DNA from: a virus
Strand: one strand, 5' to 3'
Virus record (IMG/VR): IMGVR_UViG_3300024265_000031
DNA length: 64,000 bases
Shown: piece by piece, positions 9,063-19,530 of the stretch
Layout of the letters: each line of letters begins with the position of its first letter
Numbering within the stretch: position 1 is the first letter of the stretch
The notes under the pieces: model-generated
The model's database searches: none
What the model was told of the DNA's origin: nothing
Seen by the model: the letters and a program-made list of their open reading frames with translations, nothing else
Position numbers and translations under genes: made by a program

Positions 9063-10732
9063 TTAATAGTTTTAACCTTCAACATACATTCCGTACATTC
9101 CTTATTTCCATTAAGGGATATCAATTCTTTGTTGCAAGTGGGGCATTTATCTCTTTTGATATTTTTTGGGGAAAGCACTTCATTTTTACGAGAACCATTT
9201 CTATACATAGCCACCCCTTTACAACCTTCTTTCCATGCTATCATTATTGCTTTACGCATTGTTTTTTTATGAGTTTTGGTAGGGAAATTAATTGTTTTAC
9301 TAATGCTCGAATCTATATGCTTTTGTCCCGCAGCCAATATTGCAATGTGCTCTTGCCAAGTTACTTCGTTTGACTCATTTGAGGAAACAGCGCATCTGAA
9401 GTATGGTTCCGATGAGAGATTATTGCTAAAAGTATAGACCCCTGTCTTGTCATTTCTTATGGTAATCTCGCTAAAAATGGGTTCTAAGCCACTGGAGCAT
9501 CCAGCAATTAAACTAACTGTCCCAGTGGGAGGTGCGGTTAATACCGTAATATTTCTTCTGGGGGTTGGCAACTTTTTACACATTTTAGGAACACCCAATT
9601 CATACCCCATTATCTCTGATTCTTTATACGCTTCTCTTTTCATAAAAGATAAAATATTTTCAAGTTCGCCAATTGATTCTTTAGATCCATATGCGATTTC
9701 TTTCATCAGGCAATAGTCTGCAAATCCCATTATTCCCAACCCTACACTTCTATTTTCTTGAGCCCACTTTTCTATTGAAGGAGTGGGGTAGGAAGATTTG
9801 CTAATTGTAGAATCTAAAAATCTTATTCCTAATTTTACTGCAATACCTAATTTTTCATAATTCATTTCTTGAGATGATACAAATTTAGACAAATCAAGAG
9901 AACCAAGTGTGCAGATTCCATTTATGGGCAATGGTAATTCTGAACACACGTTGACACAAAATATTTCTTGACCTGTGTGTTTATATGGAGAATCATTTAT
10001 GCGATCCATGAAGAGAATTCCTGGTTCACCGTTTTTCCATGCGCCTTCAACAATCAACCTAAAAACATCTCTTGCCTTATATTTGTCATATTTTTTACCA
10101 TCAAATTCTGTCCAATAATCCTCATTGTTGTCAACGGCATTCATAAACTCATCGTCTACCATAACAGATATATTCGCATTGGTAAGTTTCCCTTCTTCTG
10201 ATTTAGAAACTATAAACTTTATTATATCTGGATGCGAAACTTTTTGTGCGAACATAATCGCCATTTCGCGAAACCCTGCCCCTTGCGAGAGGACAGTCAT
10301 GTCGTGAGATATTGTATTGGCAAATTTTATTCCTCCTCCTGCGTATCCATGAGTACTTCCCGCAACTGGATCTCCTTCTGGGCGAAGCTTGGCTAAGGAC
10401 GTTCCACATCCCCCTCCTTTTCTTGCAATCAATGCAAAATCAAGTTTAGTTTTATATATACCCCTAATATCATCTGGAAAATCAACTACAAAACAGGCAC
10501 TTAATCCAGCGTCTTTTTTTCCAGCATTTACTAAACAAGGAGAATTGGGAATGAAATATCTATTTTTTATCATTTGTCTTGTTAATTCTTTATCTTTCTT
10601 TTTAAACTCAGGAATCACATTGTCCACAACTCTATCAACAAGTTGGTTCCATGTTGTTTCCCCCTCCATAAAATATCTTTTCTTCAAGATATTCATTGCT
10701 GTCTTACTAATTTTTCTCTTTGGTGTGAACAT
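9059..10732 (-). CDS. nrdJ: Class II (adenosylcobalamin-dependent) ribonucleotide reductase
   Basis: PNSP, SACFV, GEPG, NVCSE, PTGT and SISKTIN motifs; C-terminal CPTC..CTEC; no adjacent beta subunit. Confidence 0.85.
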   Translation of the reverse strand: MFTPKRKISKTAMNILKKRYFMEGETTWNQLVDRVVDNVIPEFKKKDKELTRQMIKNRYFIPNSPCLVNAGKKDAGLSACFVVDFPDDIRGIYKTKLDFALIARKGGGCGTSLAKLRPEGDPVAGSTHGYAGGGIKFANTISHDMTVLSQGAGFREMAIMFAQKVSHPDIIKFIVSKSEEGKLTNANISVMVDDEFMNAVDNNEDYWTEFDGKKYDKYKARDVFRLIVEGAWKNGEPGILFMDRINDSPYKHTGQEIFCVNVCSELPLPINGICTLGSLDLSKFVSSQEMNYEKLGIAVKLGIRFLDSTISKSSYPTPSIEKWAQENRSVGLGIMGFADYCLMKEIAYGSKESIGELENILSFMKREAYKESEIMGYELGVPKMCKKLPTPRRNITVLTAPPTGTVSLIAGCSSGLEPIFSEITIRNDKTGVYTFSNNLSSEPYFRCAVSSNESNEVTWQEHIAILAAGQKHIDSSISKTINFPTKTHKKTMRKAIMIAWKEGCKGVAMYRNGSRKNEVLSPKNIKRDKCPTCNKELISLNGNKECTECMLKVKTIK

Positions 10733-10838
10733 TGTTCAATGATTTCTCCTTTATTTTGTAATTTTTAACCTTTTTAAATAAAATGCACATTTTATCTGAT
10801 TTTTGTTATAGTTAGTGATTGTATTTTTAAAGACTATT

Positions 10839-11060
10839 TTATCCATTTTTTTGTGAATAATCTATATTAACTCCTGTCTCTAAAACAACCCTGCATTTTT
10901 TAGGATTGCTATCATCAATGGCAAGCCTTACATTCAATTTTGCATTATGCCCTTTAATTTCCTCAAAAATTCTTTCACCCATTCTTTGATAAGCATTTGC
11001 TATAGCTATTTTTTTTGCCATAAATCCAAATCCATATTCTTCTTCTTCTCTATATATCAT
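10839..11060 (-). CDS. Hypothetical protein
   Basis: 73 aa, coupled to the upstream gene. Confidence 0.5.
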   Translation of the reverse strand: MIYREEEEYGFGFMAKKIAIANAYQRMGERIFEEIKGHNAKLNVRLAIDDSNPKKCRVVLETGVNIDYSQKNG

Positions 11061-11389
11061 TTTCTATCCTTTGGCAATGTTCTATTATCTATTGAATTAT
11101 TTAAACTTTTCCATATATTTATGTTTTGACGATTGCAAAATTCAAATAAATTAAACAATAAATCTCCAACAGAATCAGATAGTTCATTGGTGTCAGATAA
11201 ATCTTTCTCATATCTAACATCCTCTGCTAAAAATCGTGCAACAAGCTCTCCTAATTCTTCAGTACAAGCTAACAATATTAATTCTGTTGGTGTTTGTGTC
11301 CATCCATTATGTATATAAACATTTCTAATTTTATCTTGCAAGTTTAATTCAAATTTTTTATTTGTTTCTTTTTTAAATTTTATGCACAT
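11057..11389 (-). CDS. MazG-like protein
   Basis: TEELGEL...ELSDSVGDLLF. Confidence 0.7.
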   Translation of the reverse strand: MCIKFKKETNKKFELNLQDKIRNVYIHNGWTQTPTELILLACTEELGELVARFLAEDVRYEKDLSDTNELSDSVGDLLFNLFEFCNRQNINIWKSLNNSIDNRTLPKDRK

Positions 11390-11407
11390 GTTTTCTCCAG
11401 ATAAAAT

Positions 11408-11617
11408 CTACCTTTTATTCCTGTCTAATTTCAAGCTAAATCCATTTTCACATTTGATTATTCCACATACACAATTCCTACATAGGTATATGGGTTTTTC
11501 CTTATATCTGGGATATGCAAGAATTTTTATATCTTTCCATTGGGCGTGAATAACTCCAGTCATACAATCTTTTTTGCGTATTGATTCTCCACATATCTGA
11601 CATATTTTTTTATTCAT
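11408..11617 (-). CDS. Small CxxC protein
   Basis: CQIC...CRNC; overlaps the dnaE stop. Confidence 0.5.
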   Translation of the reverse strand: MNKKICQICGESIRKKDCMTGVIHAQWKDIKILAYPRYKEKPIYLCRNCVCGIIKCENGFSLKLDRNKR

Positions 11618-14600
11618 TTACAATCCTATCAAACTCTTCTGGTTCAACAACGCTACAGGTATCAATCCACCATTCAGTTTTTCCACTTTCATCTTTTATA
11701 AATTTTCCATCTTCAAATCTTACAACTGGTTTTTTCTTATATGATCCAACCCATAATATGTCTCCTCCTAAAAATACGTTGCGATCATAAAGTGCTTTTT
11801 GAATCTTGATTGAACCTTGATTGCCATTATTCAGACAGTATGCTTGTAATCTTGGTGAAAATTTAGTCTGTAGTGACAGCACAAAAATAAATCTTTTATC
11901 TATGTTGGGAAATATAGATTGGACATAGCCCAAGATATCTCTATCGAATTCTATTTGTGCAGTTATAGAGAATTTTTCATCAGGAATTTCTTCCCATATT
12001 TTATATAGTGCCTCAATCCGTTTATTCTTAGTCTTCTCTTTATATTTGCGTGAATATCTGGACTTACCCTCCAAGAATTCCTTGTAAAACATAAACAACT
12101 TTTTGTTTCCACCAAAACATTCAAAGTAATTTATTTTGATTAAATCATAAAACTTTTTAGATGTCTTGCCTAATTCCTCTGTGGCAATTAGAAAGTCAAC
12201 AAATGTGTTGTGTTTTAATAATCCTAATTCATATAAGCCTTCGCCCATGACATGTCTGAATCCTTTGATGCTGCCCAGGCTAGAAGTTATTTCATTCTTT
12301 TCTTTATTGGCAACAATATCTCTGTTGTCTTGTCTAAATCTGAATGGTGGAAATTTTATGCCGTAGGCTTCAATGGCTTCTTGTTTAGCTCTGGTTAGAC
12401 GTTTTTTATGTCCGGCTTTTTCAAGAACTTTTAAAAATACTTCATAAAATTCAAGAGTATAATTTGATTTTAAATATGCTCCATATAATGAATCACCAGC
12501 AACACTTAGAGAATGGGATGCATTAAACCCGTACGCGGAATTGTCATGAACAATTTGCCAAGTCATAAGAGCAATTTGATGGGCATCGCTTTCTTCCATG
12601 CTCTCTGATTGCATTATTTTTCTAGTTATACCTAAAATAAATTCTTTCTCATATTTTAAGACTTTTCCCACACGTTTCTTAGCAATGTTTTTAACAACGT
12701 CATATGTTTCTGATGTTGGTATCCCTGCGTATTCAAGGACTTGCATTACGTTTTCTTGATACAAAAGATATGAATGAGGAAATTGAGGTGTTTGAATAAG
12801 AGAATCTAGGGACGGAATGCCATATGAAAACGGCTCCCTTGCTTCAAATTGCCTATAATTAGATTGAAACCCTGGTCGTATAGCAGCTACAAATGCAGAA
12901 AGTTCTGCTGGATTTTGCGGTGCATATGCGGCTGCTCGGCCACTTGTATTGGGTTGTTCAAATTGATTGATACCCATTGTCCAAGCATTTTTATAAATTT
13001 CCCAAACCTTATCGTCATTTTTACATATGTCTATAAGATCTGCAAATTCATGCGGCGCAACATTTATTCTATCATATGTCCCATATATAATACCAACAAT
13101 GGCAACTTTTAATAAATCGTTTTTTAAGAATGAATATGTTTCGGCCCATAATCCATCCATAATGCAACATAGGTTTTCTTTGATTTTTATCAGTCCAATT
13201 TCTTCTGAAATATTACCACTATGCAAGAGAAACGCACAATTATGTATTTTTCCAGTTGCCACAATCCCCAAATATTTTTTACTTTCGATTACAAGATCTT
13301 GGTATTCATTATCAATATAGTCAAGTAAATCTATATTATCTTTGTCTTCGTCATCAGCATAATATAGCGATTTTTGATAGTCTCCTATTTGGCCAGATAT
13401 CTTATTGGCAGTATTGGGATTTATATTTCGGGCCCTGGAAAACATTTTCCATGCAGCTTTTGGTTGCATAGTATCAAATGATAGCATAGGATAAGAATGA
13501 TCTTCACCCAGAGTTTCAACTTGGGCTTGAGCAAACATTTCTTGATTTTCAATGTTGAAATCAATATCTGGCAAACTACCCGCGTCAAGAATTCTTTCTT
13601 TAGTCATAAATCTTTCTGGAAACAATTTAATGGGAGCACTAATTCGATCTATAGTTGTAAAGTCAAGCAATTTGCAAATGTAAAAGCTTGGGGCTGATCC
13701 TCTTCCGCTCAAAGTAATATTTCCCCCTAATTCCTTTCCTCTTTTTATAACCTCATAATCCAACAAAAAATAGTCTGCCATATTTGTTTCAATAACAATA
13801 TCCATTTCTTTTTGAATTTCGCTAACATATTTTTCCCACAATTGCTGAGGAACTTTTTCCTTTTCTTCTTTCCACCTTTTAGATATAATCTCCCACAGCA
13901 AATCATTTTTTTCTTCTTGTGTTTTACCAGGGTAAATGGAAGGTAATTTTATATTCTTTGAGAATACAGCAGACTTATATTCTTCTACATCAAGAAATGT
14001 ATTTGTGTTATCAATGGTTTCTTTAATCTGAGCTTTAGAGAGCACATTTTGTTTCTCAAATCTATAGATTACCTCTTCTCCGTTAGGATAATCCATATAC
14101 CATCCAACTTCATCCTCATATTCAATATGTTTAGATAATAAATAATCGTCTCTATCTTTATCTTGATCAGGATATATGAAATGCGAATCGCATCCAAAAA
14201 TAATTTTTATATTATTTTGATTGGCAAGATTTATTATTTTACTATTGATAGCTTTTTGTGCAAAAGTGTTGTGACTTTGAACCTCTAGAAAAAAACTATT
14301 GCCAAAATGTTCAAACATTTGTAGCACAAGTTCATCAGCATCTTCGTATTTCCATATACCAGAAACACATGCACTCGTAATCCATACATCATCTTTTGGC
14401 AAAGAATACAACAAATCAAAATCAATACGAGCCCTATAATAGAATCCAGTTACATTAGCTTCAGAAATAATCTTGTTGATTTTTCGTCTGCCGTTTTCAT
14501 TTTTAGCCAACAAGATTATGTGGGCATTGGTTCTATCTTTTTCAAAACGATCTTTTACAATGTAGGCTTCTGTACCAAACAAGAATTTCAAATTGTATTC

Positions 14601-14774
14601 TTGAGCCAGTTCATAATATTCAATATATCTAGAACACCAGCCATGATTAACAGAAGATATAATTCCATGATCTAAAGTGACTGCTCTCTGAGCGTATGCC
14701 TCTGGAGAAACGGGGGAATCAGGTGTGATTATATTGCTGAAGTAGTCGTGCTTGTGGAAATTCTGGTAGATCAT
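11610..14774 (-). CDS. dnaE: DNA polymerase III alpha subunit (family C)
   Basis: PHP domain (HKHD, DSH), GRGSA, PDIDF, LKNDLL, YGFNASHS. Confidence 0.93.
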   Translation of the reverse strand: MIYQNFHKHDYFSNIITPDSPVSPEAYAQRAVTLDHGIISSVNHGWCSRYIEYYELAQEYNLKFLFGTEAYIVKDRFEKDRTNAHIILLAKNENGRRKINKIISEANVTGFYYRARIDFDLLYSLPKDDVWITSACVSGIWKYEDADELVLQMFEHFGNSFFLEVQSHNTFAQKAINSKIINLANQNNIKIIFGCDSHFIYPDQDKDRDDYLLSKHIEYEDEVGWYMDYPNGEEVIYRFEKQNVLSKAQIKETIDNTNTFLDVEEYKSAVFSKNIKLPSIYPGKTQEEKNDLLWEIISKRWKEEKEKVPQQLWEKYVSEIQKEMDIVIETNMADYFLLDYEVIKRGKELGGNITLSGRGSAPSFYICKLLDFTTIDRISAPIKLFPERFMTKERILDAGSLPDIDFNIENQEMFAQAQVETLGEDHSYPMLSFDTMQPKAAWKMFSRARNINPNTANKISGQIGDYQKSLYYADDEDKDNIDLLDYIDNEYQDLVIESKKYLGIVATGKIHNCAFLLHSGNISEEIGLIKIKENLCCIMDGLWAETYSFLKNDLLKVAIVGIIYGTYDRINVAPHEFADLIDICKNDDKVWEIYKNAWTMGINQFEQPNTSGRAAAYAPQNPAELSAFVAAIRPGFQSNYRQFEAREPFSYGIPSLDSLIQTPQFPHSYLLYQENVMQVLEYAGIPTSETYDVVKNIAKKRVGKVLKYEKEFILGITRKIMQSESMEESDAHQIALMTWQIVHDNSAYGFNASHSLSVAGDSLYGAYLKSNYTLEFYEVFLKVLEKAGHKKRLTRAKQEAIEAYGIKFPPFRFRQDNRDIVANKEKNEITSSLGSIKGFRHVMGEGLYELGLLKHNTFVDFLIATEELGKTSKKFYDLIKINYFECFGGNKKLFMFYKEFLEGKSRYSRKYKEKTKNKRIEALYKIWEEIPDEKFSITAQIEFDRDILGYVQSIFPNIDKRFIFVLSLQTKFSPRLQAYCLNNGNQGSIKIQKALYDRNVFLGGDILWVGSYKKKPVVRFEDGKFIKDESGKTEWWIDTCSVVEPEEFDRIVNE

Positions 14775-14776
14775 TT

Positions 14777-15553
14777 TTATTCGTATGCATCACAAGAGTT
14801 GCGAACCCCGCACAGCATCTCGCAGAAATACTTATTACTTTTGTCCGTATTTCCCTCCCACTCTTTCTCTTCCTTTATTTTTGCAATCGTTCCTGTAAAC
14901 CAATCAATTGTTTTTTGCATTTCGATTGGATCCACATCAACATCCAAAACATAACCTTCGTTCCTTATGAACCACACTTTAATTTTTGTTATATTATAAT
15001 TTTTACTCTTATTTAAGAAATAAACGTACAAATAAAATTGCCTCATATATCCAGCAATCTTTTTTTCATCGTATTTATTTAGTTTCAGTTTGGATGTTTT
15101 ATAATCCACCAATGTACATTTACCAGTTTCTTTTTCTTTTAAAACCAAGTCTGGTTTTATTACAAGGTTGACTCCATCAATTTCAGCATCAATCATTTCT
15201 TCAATGCTAATAACATCATATGCACTTAAATCAAAATCAAAGTTAGAAAAGAAATCTAATCCATTTTGTTCATATGTGTCTTTCATTCCTTTGGGGTATG
15301 GTGGTGGAGGTGTTGCTACTTTTTCTCCAAAGTTATCATCAAAGTATTCTTCTAAATCCCAAAGTTCAAGTTCACCACTAAAATACTTTTCTAGTATTTC
15401 GTGACAAAATAATCCAAAATCAGAAAAGAAATTTGGAACTCTTGGTTCTCTGTCTATATAGGACAAATAAAACATCTTTGGACATGTTTCAAATCCATTC
15501 ACACTGGAATGTGAAAATTTCATGTCGTCTAAAATAAAATCATATTCGCTCAT
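14777..15553 (-). CDS. PD-(D/E)XK nuclease, Cas4/AddB-like
   Basis: SHSS..F..CP, G..H, PDLV, VDYKT, Q..LY, C-terminal C..C..C. Confidence 0.85.
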   Translation of the reverse strand: MSEYDFILDDMKFSHSSVNGFETCPKMFYLSYIDREPRVPNFFSDFGLFCHEILEKYFSGELELWDLEEYFDDNFGEKVATPPPPYPKGMKDTYEQNGLDFFSNFDFDLSAYDVISIEEMIDAEIDGVNLVIKPDLVLKEKETGKCTLVDYKTSKLKLNKYDEKKIAGYMRQFYLYVYFLNKSKNYNITKIKVWFIRNEGYVLDVDVDPIEMQKTIDWFTGTIAKIKEEKEWEGNTDKSNKYFCEMLCGVRNSCDAYE

Positions 15554-15565
15554 TAATTCTCCATA

Positions 15566-17488
15566 TTAGTTCATAAAATCAGGTAATTCTTCAGTTAGTC
15601 TAGGATTATGTGTGGGCAGTGGCGAACTATCTTTGTTCCATTTATATCTCTTCCATAGTTCTTCTGCGGTATGAAAAAATCTATAAGTTTGCGGACAAAA
15701 ATACAATTGAACTTCATCATTATATCCCGTATATCTATTCTTAAGAACCTCTAATGCCATATCATATTCAATTGGTTCTTTCCCAGGTTTGTAATCATTG
15801 CTATTGTACTTTAACTCCCCTTCTTTTTCTTTTTTAGTATATCTGTGTGCAGCTAAAATATAATGAGCCCTATTTCCCAGATCAGAACTACCAGCAATAT
15901 CATCAGATACTATTCTTCTGCCAAATTCCGCTATCTTTTTGGGATGGGTTACTAGTATAATTAGTACACCATATAATTCCGCAAGATTTGCCAATTTGAC
16001 AATAAATTCTTTTTGTAAATCCCACTTGCTTATATTTCCCTCTTGTCCTAAATGAAGTGCCATAAGATTATCAATTACCCAAACCTTGACGCCAAATCTT
16101 TTTGTAACTGCAATGGCTCTATTTAAAATAATATCAATATCATTTTCCATTCCATCAAAATTCCATATTCTTCCCTGATACCAATCTCTCATTGATTTTC
16201 TGGCTTCTGGATTTATAACACGAACAAACTTATTTTTCATCTTAATGTTTTCTCTTCCAGACATAGTGGTTTCAATCCAATTTCTTATAACTGGATTACT
16301 CATTTCTCCTGAAAAGAAAAATACATCATATCCTTGTTCTAGCGCTTCGCAAATAAAGATTTGATTTAAAATAGTTGACTTGCCTGATGATTTCAGTCCC
16401 GTAAATAGTATTACACTTCCAAAAAGAAATTTATAAATAATATTGTCTAACCCCTTTATACCAGAATATAATCCTGGTGCTGATTCAATATCAAAATCAT
16501 CAACATCTGCCAAATCAACTATATTTTGAATTGGAACTTCTTGTGCGTTTTCAATGCATTTTATAACTTCTAACTTCCCAAATAGATGTAGAACTTCATT
16601 AATGTCATTTGGTTTAATAATTTTTCCGTCTATCTCTTTTTCTAGATTTTCTGGTATTTCTACAGAAAGAGCTTCGAGTCTTGGGCAAACCTCTTTTCGC
16701 ATCTTGATTCCAGATTTATCATTATCTGCCCATACAATAATTTTATTATTTTTATTGAATTGTTTCAAAAATCCCCAACATTCTTCTATCCAATCATAGG
16801 AATTAGCTCCATGAGGAACTGATACTACATTTTTAAATCCAGCTTCTATGGCAGCCAATCTGTCTGGTGGCCCTTCGCAAATAAGTAGCGGTTGGGAAGG
16901 ATCCACTTGGTTGATTCCATATAATAGTGGCATTTTATCGCTTGCTGCTTGCCACCAAAACTTAGGTGTTTTTTCATCTTTTTTTATTTTGCGTGATGGT
17001 CTATATTTTACCATACATAAAACATCATCCAGGTTATAAAAATGAAAGGCCGTATTACCATTAGAATCAGATTGTACATTAGCATAATCTAATGTTTTTT
17101 TAGAAATCCCTCTTGTTTTCCAATAATTTTCAACACTTATTCTATCATGACCTTTTTCTTCATGAGGATATATGTATTCTCTTTGTATATTTTGATTGTC
17201 GTAAAAACGATGTTCAATATTTGTTTCATTAAATAATCTTTTTATTGATTTTAAAAATGTTAATTTATAGTATTCTTTATAGTGATCAATAATTCCATAT
17301 ACAATACCACAACCAAAACATTTATAGGCATTGTCTTTATAATTCCACTTAAAACTGGCAGTATCTTCATCGTGAAATGGACAGTGCGAATCTAATGGAT
17401 CATTCAATCCCAAATCTTCAGCAATAATTTTTGTAGCTCTTTCCCCCATTTTTTCTTTAGCTTCTAGAATCTTTTCTATTGGAATCAT
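15566..17488 (-). CDS. Primase-helicase (T7 gp4/Twinkle-like)
   Basis: Zn finger CPFH..CFGC, TOPRIM CEG..D and DND, Walker A GLKSSGKS, IDNL, HPKK, KNR. Confidence 0.9.
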   Translation of the reverse strand: MIPIEKILEAKEKMGERATKIIAEDLGLNDPLDSHCPFHDEDTASFKWNYKDNAYKCFGCGIVYGIIDHYKEYYKLTFLKSIKRLFNETNIEHRFYDNQNIQREYIYPHEEKGHDRISVENYWKTRGISKKTLDYANVQSDSNGNTAFHFYNLDDVLCMVKYRPSRKIKKDEKTPKFWWQAASDKMPLLYGINQVDPSQPLLICEGPPDRLAAIEAGFKNVVSVPHGANSYDWIEECWGFLKQFNKNNKIIVWADNDKSGIKMRKEVCPRLEALSVEIPENLEKEIDGKIIKPNDINEVLHLFGKLEVIKCIENAQEVPIQNIVDLADVDDFDIESAPGLYSGIKGLDNIIYKFLFGSVILFTGLKSSGKSTILNQIFICEALEQGYDVFFFSGEMSNPVIRNWIETTMSGRENIKMKNKFVRVINPEARKSMRDWYQGRIWNFDGMENDIDIILNRAIAVTKRFGVKVWVIDNLMALHLGQEGNISKWDLQKEFIVKLANLAELYGVLIILVTHPKKIAEFGRRIVSDDIAGSSDLGNRAHYILAAHRYTKKEKEGELKYNSNDYKPGKEPIEYDMALEVLKNRYTGYNDEVQLYFCPQTYRFFHTAEELWKRYKWNKDSSPLPTHNPRLTEELPDFMN

Positions 17489-17503
17489 TCATTCTCCCGT
17501 ATA

Positions 17504-17543
17504 GAAAACGGCTGGATATTATCCAAACTATCCAGCCATTTTC
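17504..17543 (-). terminator. Intrinsic terminator-like hairpin after ssb
   Basis: ggctggata...tatccagcc stem followed by a T-run on the minus strand. Confidence 0.65.
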
Positions 17544-17568
17544 AGTTGTTAAAGTTTATTGAGTGATC

Positions 17569-17973
17569 CTAGAAAGGCAAATCGTCATCATCTCCCTCTA
17601 CTTGCGGAGGGGTGTCCATTCCACTAGCAGAACCGTCATTATAAGATTCTGCAAATTCCCAGTTGAACACCATTAGTTGTGGTTGCTTAGGCCAAGCGCG
17701 TTCACCCTCTTTTGTTTCGTATTCTTCCCTGCTTATACCTCCCTTGATTACAACTCTTACCATGTTTTTATCGCTTGACGCTAATGCCTCTACAAGATCA
17801 TCTATTTTTTTATAGGCATCTCCAAGCCATCGCGTATAAGTCCAAGATGTGTTCTTATATTTTCCATCTCGTTTATCTTTTCGCGATGTTGTAAAACGAA
17901 CAAGAGCAACATTACCGTTATCTTCTTGTACTTCCCAAACTGTTGCAAATTGTCGATCCTGAAATCCAATCAT
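17569..17973 (-). CDS. ssb: Single-stranded DNA-binding protein
   Basis: OB-fold size, acidic DDDLPF tail, replication context. Confidence 0.85.
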   Translation of the reverse strand: MIGFQDRQFATVWEVQEDNGNVALVRFTTSRKDKRDGKYKNTSWTYTRWLGDAYKKIDDLVEALASSDKNMVRVVIKGGISREEYETKEGERAWPKQPQLMVFNWEFAESYNDGSASGMDTPPQVEGDDDDLPF

Positions 17974-18930
17974 TTATTTTGACTCCTTTAAGGGTTTTAC
18001 ATCTTTTAACTCACCAAGAAGACTTTTCAATACTGCGAGATCTTTAATGTTTTTTGGATTACGAAGATATCCCTTTTTCTTTTGGTCTAATACTGCTACA
18101 ACCGCTTCATTCTTTGAGCCGCCTAACTCTTTACAGCGATCAATTACTTCATTTGCTAAAGTCTTTACCATTTCTTTTTCAGTAGGAGGATCATCACGAA
18201 CTACAGGAATATAAACTGCATCTCCGCTGTTAGCCCATTCAATAATTTGCACTCCATGTTTATCATCAAACAATATGTTTCCAAGATCTTCAAAAATGTG
18301 TGTATTGTCCTTTTGATAAAGAGCCATATTGTCACTTTGATCAAGTAAAAATGAACAAGTGAATTCGTACTCAACACCTTCGCGCTGTTTAGGCCCTATC
18401 CCAACTTTTCTGATAGAGGTTTTTCCACCAGTAGTTTTTTCTACTTCATATTGATCTTTACCGCGCATTGTTGCAATGATATGAATGGGGCTATCTGCTA
18501 TTGCATAAAGAAATTCATTATGTCTTGGCGTTACTTTAGCCCATGCCGCCCAAGTGCCTCCAGCCTGATTGTGAAGATCTAAACAACCTCCTTTTCCTTC
18601 CCATTCGTGCGAAGTAGAGTCGATGATAAGAATTTTATAGTCTTCATCTACAGCGAATTGAATTAATTCAACATATTTTTCTGGATTATGCGGTGCTGCA
18701 ATGTCCATAATATCATATTCAAATTCGTTAGCATAATATAATCCGCGAGTGCTCTCGTTGTTGGCCATAAGAATTCCTGTTTCTTGATCCAATTCTTTTA
18801 GCTTAGTTTGCATACCTCTTGCAACTTTTAATGCGCTATAAGTTTTCCCACTTCCAGACGGCCCAATAAGCGCGACTTTACACCATACCAGTTGTCTTAT
18901 AGCTTTTTGAATAATAAACTTGTCTGCCAT
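17974..18930 (-). CDS. Sak4-like / AAA_24 recombination ATPase
   Basis: GPSGSGKT, IIDSTSHEW, QREGVEYEF; adjacent to ssb. Confidence 0.8.
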   Translation of the reverse strand: MADKFIIQKAIRQLVWCKVALIGPSGSGKTYSALKVARGMQTKLKELDQETGILMANNESTRGLYYANEFEYDIMDIAAPHNPEKYVELIQFAVDEDYKILIIDSTSHEWEGKGGCLDLHNQAGGTWAAWAKVTPRHNEFLYAIADSPIHIIATMRGKDQYEVEKTTGGKTSIRKVGIGPKQREGVEYEFTCSFLLDQSDNMALYQKDNTHIFEDLGNILFDDKHGVQIIEWANSGDAVYIPVVRDDPPTEKEMVKTLANEVIDRCKELGGSKNEAVVAVLDQKKKGYLRNPKNIKDLAVLKSLLGELKDVKPLKESK

Positions 18931-18933
18931 ACT

Positions 18934-19434
18934 TTAATTTTCTCCTTCGTCTTTAGTTATAGTTTCTAATAAATTTAAAATATTTTTCTCATAATCAATA
19001 TTTATCATATTTAGTTCATAATCAAACTCTATCTCTCCTTGGGGCGCATCTTCATTGCCAACATATATATAAAAAGTATTTTGATATTCTTCTTTTAATA
19101 TTTCAATTAAATCTTCTCTAAGATTATGAATTATCATAATTTCAGGATCTCGCTTTGGACTGCCTTCTGGAATATAACAATTACGAAATCTTTTAAGCAT
19201 AAAAAAAACATGTTCTTCCTGATAGTTAAAATAACTGTTTGCAAGTTTTTCTAAATCGTCAACAAAATCATAATATCTTTTATCCTTTTGTTGATCCCAA
19301 TGTAATTTTCTTGCACAGAAAGACAACCTATTTCTATGATTGGTTGACCACAACCAATATTTAGTTTTGGTTGTTTCAGTAAAAATGTTTTTGCCTGCAC
19401 TAATCCCATCTAGGATTATAATGGCTTTTTTCAT
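18934..19434 (-). CDS. Hypothetical protein, degenerate P-loop kinase-like
   Basis: IIILDGISAGKN at the N-terminus. Confidence 0.4.
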   Translation of the reverse strand: MKKAIIILDGISAGKNIFTETTKTKYWLWSTNHRNRLSFCARKLHWDQQKDKRYYDFVDDLEKLANSYFNYQEEHVFFMLKRFRNCYIPEGSPKRDPEIMIIHNLREDLIEILKEEYQNTFYIYVGNEDAPQGEIEFDYELNMINIDYEKNILNLLETITKDEGEN

Positions 19435-19474
19435 TCTTGTTATTCCTTCCTTTGTGTAATTTATGCAATACTAT

Positions 19475-19503
19475 ATTCTATCATATAATTGTATTTTTGT
19501 CAA
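19475..19503 (-). promoter_or_regulatory. Sigma70-type promoter for the replication block
   Basis: TTGACA-17 bp-TAGAAT with extended -10 TG. Confidence 0.85.
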
Positions 19504-19530
19504 TGGGTGTATGGATTCTTTAACCTTAAA

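Noticed and set aside
14777-15553. Cas4 as part of a CRISPR system
   Set aside because: Stand-alone nuclease within the replication operon; no cas1/cas2 or array
9059-17488. Inteins or introns in nrdJ, dnaE or the primase-helicase
   Set aside because: Normal lengths, continuous frames and no splice-junction motifs seen
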